DNA of 64,000 nt from positions 320,001 through 384,000 of the forward strand of contig CAWCMR010000008.1 in assembly GCA_963796685.1 (NCBI GenBank). The letters are read 5' to 3'. Below the pieces are notes generated by a model, which did no database searches, was not told where the DNA came from, and worked only from the letters and a program-made list of their open reading frames with translations. A program made the position numbers and the translations under genes. Numbering within the stretch: the stretch's first letter is position 1; the number at the start of each line of letters is the position of its first letter. This document shows, in pieces, positions 61,598 to 64,000 of the stretch. Origin of the DNA: an uncultured delta proteobacterium (lineage in GTDB: Bacteria > Myxococcota_A > Polyangia > Fen-1088).

Positions 61598-63672
61598 GTC
61601 GAGTAGCCAGGGGAGGTTACCCTCCCCCAGCTCTCACAGAACCGGACTTGTGGGCCTCACATCCGGCTCTTCGGGACGCTGGCGTTCGGGAGCGACCCGT
61701 AGTCCAGCGCCGGCATTGCTGCCCGCAGCTATCCTGGCTCCAGGGCCGGGTCCATGAAGTCCAAGGCGTGATGGTCCTTCCACCGCTCGGCCAGGCTGAC
61801 AAGCCCGCGTTCGGCAAAATATGCGTTGCGCAGTCCTCGTTCAACTACCGATGTGTGGCTCAGCGCCCACCAGGAGCGATGCCCCTTGTAGACCCCTTGC
61901 CACGCGGTTTTCGGTCTCACCCCCAGGCTGATGAGGTGTCGTGCGATGAAGCGTCTGCGTTTCCAGTGCCGTAGCACTATCGCTCGCAGCCGCCGCCTGA
62001 TGTGTGCGTCGAGTGCCTGCAGCGTCCGCTCTTCCGCGGCCGTGCAGATACAGAAGAAGCCGATCCATCCGAGCAAATACGCGTTGACCTGTTTGATGCA
62101 GCCCTTGAGGGACTGCCCAAGGTTTCGCGGCGTCAGCTCTCGGACCTTCTCGTCAATGCGGCTTTTGCTCCGCGCCGACAGCAGCACCTCCGCTTCCCCC
62201 GTCAGCGGCTCGCGCCGCAGCCGGAATCCCAGAAAGTGCCGCTCTTCCGGTCGGGCCACCGCGCTCTTGGCCAAGTTCACCTTCAACCGCATCCGGCCTT
62301 CGATGAACTTGACCACGCTGGCCATCACACGCTGACCCGAGCGCTCGCTTCCGACGTAGATGTTGCAGTCGTCCGCATAGCGCACGAAGCGGTGACCGCG
62401 TTGGGCAAGCTCGCGGTCGAGCTCGTCCAGCACGATATTGCTCAGTAACGGCGAAAGCGGACCACCTTGTGGCACTCCTTCTTCCGTCGCCACCACCACT
62501 CCGTCGGGCATCACCACCTTGGCTTTCAGCATCTGCCAGATGAGCTCGATGAGCCGCCGGTCCTTAACCCTCTGTTCTAGCCGCGCCACCAGCCGTTGCC
62601 AGTGGACCCGGTCAAAGAACTTTTCCAGGTCGAGGTCGACCACCCATTCGTACCCTTCCTCCAGATACTGCTTGGCCTCGGCGATGGCCGTGTGACAGCT
62701 GCGCCCAGGTCGGAAACCGTGGCTCGACGGGTGAAACGTCGGCTCATAATGCGGACCGAGCACTTGGTGCACGGCCTGCTGAACCACGCGGTCCACCACG
62801 TTCGGTATGCCAAGGCCCCGCCGCCCGCCACCGCTCTTCGGTATCCATACCCGCCGGATGTCTCCGACTCGGTATGTCCCGTCGAGCAGCGACCGCGACA
62901 GCGCCGGTATCAGCGTCCCCAACCCCTTCGCCACTTCCCCCACGCTTTGCCGGTCCGGTCCAGGTGCGCCTTTGTTGGCCTTCACTTGCTCGAACGCTCT
63001 TTTCAGGTTTCCTTCGCTCGCTACCTCCTCCATCGTCATGGGCGGCAAGGTCCTCTCTTCCTCGTTCCCCGACTTCGGCACCTCGCTCCGCGCAGGCACG
63101 GGTTGGCCCGGATCCGCTTGGGCGGTGGTCCCTTTCGGGTTGTCGGCTGTCTCGGGAAACAGTCCGAGCTGCCTTGCCTCTTTGCTGGCCGTGGTCGCCT
63201 TCCCTCCCCGCCTTCTGGCGGTTGGAACCGGCTTTCGCCGGCCTTCCGGTATTACGCGACCATCCGACTCCTCTTGTCCCTTCTTCATCTCGTCCTTTCG
63301 TTCTCGATGAATTCCGCTTGCGATTCCTCGCCGCGGAGGCCAAGAGGTCTCTCCGGGTAAGAACGCAGAACTTCGCACCGACTCCGTCGCCACTACGCGG
63401 GCCGCCCGACGAATATTGGGCTTTGCCGCCGAAGGCCAGCTTGCCCAGCGGTACCCACGCCTTACGGCGCTTCACTTTCGTTCGGTTCGGCGCTGCACCA
63501 TAGACTTCCACCAGACACCTCCTCGCGGGAGACGGGCCTTGCGGCCCGTCTGGCCTGGTGCTCCAGACCGGCGCCCTTGTCTCGTAGGTGGGAGGTTCCC
63601 TCCGTCAGGGTCCCCAGAGGACTTGGCTATTTCATGGCTTCACCTCTTGTTCTGCGTCCATGCCGGACGCAC
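61598..63672 (-). mobile_element. Group II intron, class C-like, copy 2 (2075 bp, apparently identical)
   Basis: Same termini and identical ORF translations at an offset of 2154 bp (2075+79). Confidence 0.96.
61729..63039 (-). CDS. ltrA: Group II intron reverse transcriptase/maturase, copy 2
   Basis: Identical translation to copy 1; the open frame extends to 63393. Confidence 0.96.
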   Translation of the reverse strand: MTMEEVASEGNLKRAFEQVKANKGAPGPDRQSVGEVAKGLGTLIPALSRSLLDGTYRVGDIRRVWIPKSGGGRRGLGIPNVVDRVVQQAVHQVLGPHYEPTFHPSSHGFRPGRSCHTAIAEAKQYLEEGYEWVVDLDLEKFFDRVHWQRLVARLEQRVKDRRLIELIWQMLKAKVVMPDGVVVATEEGVPQGGPLSPLLSNIVLDELDRELAQRGHRFVRYADDCNIYVGSERSGQRVMASVVKFIEGRMRLKVNLAKSAVARPEERHFLGFRLRREPLTGEAEVLLSARSKSRIDEKVRELTPRNLGQSLKGCIKQVNAYLLGWIGFFCICTAAEERTLQALDAHIRRRLRAIVLRHWKRRRFIARHLISLGVRPKTAWQGVYKGHRSWWALSHTSVVERGLRNAYFAERGLVSLAERWKDHHALDFMDPALEPG

Positions 63673-63912
63673 CTCCGTCGGGCTTAGCCCGACTGCGCTC
63701 ACGCGTTTTGAAAAGAACCCTCGGAGGGTCCTTTAAATCCCCCGCGAAGAGCTCCGTCGGGCTTAGCCCGACTGCGCTCACGCGTTTTGAAAAGAACCCT
63801 CGGAGGGTCCTTTAAATCCCCCGCGAAGAGCTTCCGTCGGGCTTAGCCCGACTGCGCCCACGCGTTTTGAAAAGAACCCTCGGAGGGTCCTTTAGATCCG
63901 GGGTCCTTTGGG

Positions 63913-64000
63913 TCACCGCTTCATGAGGATGCGAACGAGCACGGTCGCCAAGATGCCCCACGCAACGGTGGCGATGGGCCAGTAGGGCGCGGCCCGGCGG
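63913..64000 (-). CDS. 3' end of a membrane-protein gene converging on the array (partial)
   Basis: Minus frame ...RAAPYWPIATVAWGILATVLVRILMKR* with the stop at 63913-63915. Confidence 0.55.
   Translation of the reverse strand, partial: RRAAPYWPIATVAWGILATVLVRILMKR

Larger units (their letters stand above)
59081..63899. repeat. Tandem array of 79-bp double-hairpin repeats (8 full units + 1 partial), units 5 and 6 interrupted by introns
   Basis: Unit TTTTGAAAAGAACCCTCGGAGGGTCCTTTARATCCCCCGCGAAGAG^CTCCGTCGGGCTTAGCCCGACTGCGCTCACGCG starts at 59081, 59160, 59239, 59319, 59398, 61552, 63706, 63785 and 63865 (partial). Confidence 0.97.

Noticed and set aside
59575-63393. Retron, DGR or defence-associated RT
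   Set aside because: YADD RT with maturase domain X, GTGCG 5' end, domains V/VI and precise exon restoration identify a group II intron.
59081-63899. CRISPR array with an associated RT
   Set aside because: Units are contiguous and near-identical with no unique spacers, and no cas genes are present. The RT sits inside complete group II intron ribozyme boundaries.
59081-63899. Integron attC cassette array targeted by a IIC-attC intron
   Set aside because: No RYYYAAC...GTTRRRY boxes, no cassette ORFs between units and no intI in the window.

Overview
High-GC bacterial window whose gene content (PEGA proteins, Ser/Thr kinases, Gly-rich lipoproteins, sigma54/PTS cluster) suggests Myxococcota, probably Polyangia-like (inference). 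It has three parts. (1) About 1-10 kb is a heavily eroded island at the 3' end of tRNA-Leu(TAG). It holds TA systems (Phd/ParE, AbiE-type, PIN relic), a TetR/SDR pair, a Zorya-like ZorB with a ZorA tail, a ubiquitin-like/E2/E1 relic, an integrase relic and repeated AGTTACCC/GGGTAACT sites. (2) About 10-59 kb is mostly core genome: SWIM-SNF2 helicase, pyrG-rpoN-hpf-ptsN-hprK-rapZ-PTS genes (without the usual kds/lpt genes), an Ig-repeat lipoprotein, pgeF/rluD, a pilR-like regulator, methyl/glycosyltransferases, kinases, larB/larC and a ROK-GH15 pair. (3) 59081-63899 is the most striking part: a tandem array of a 79-bp double-hairpin repeat (8 full units plus 1 partial) between convergent genes. 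Two adjacent units each carry an apparently identical 2075-bp class-C-like group II intron, inserted at the same nucleotide 4 nt past a hairpin. All calls were made by eye from motifs; no database searches were run. Isolated single-base frameshifts suggest some assembly indel noise.
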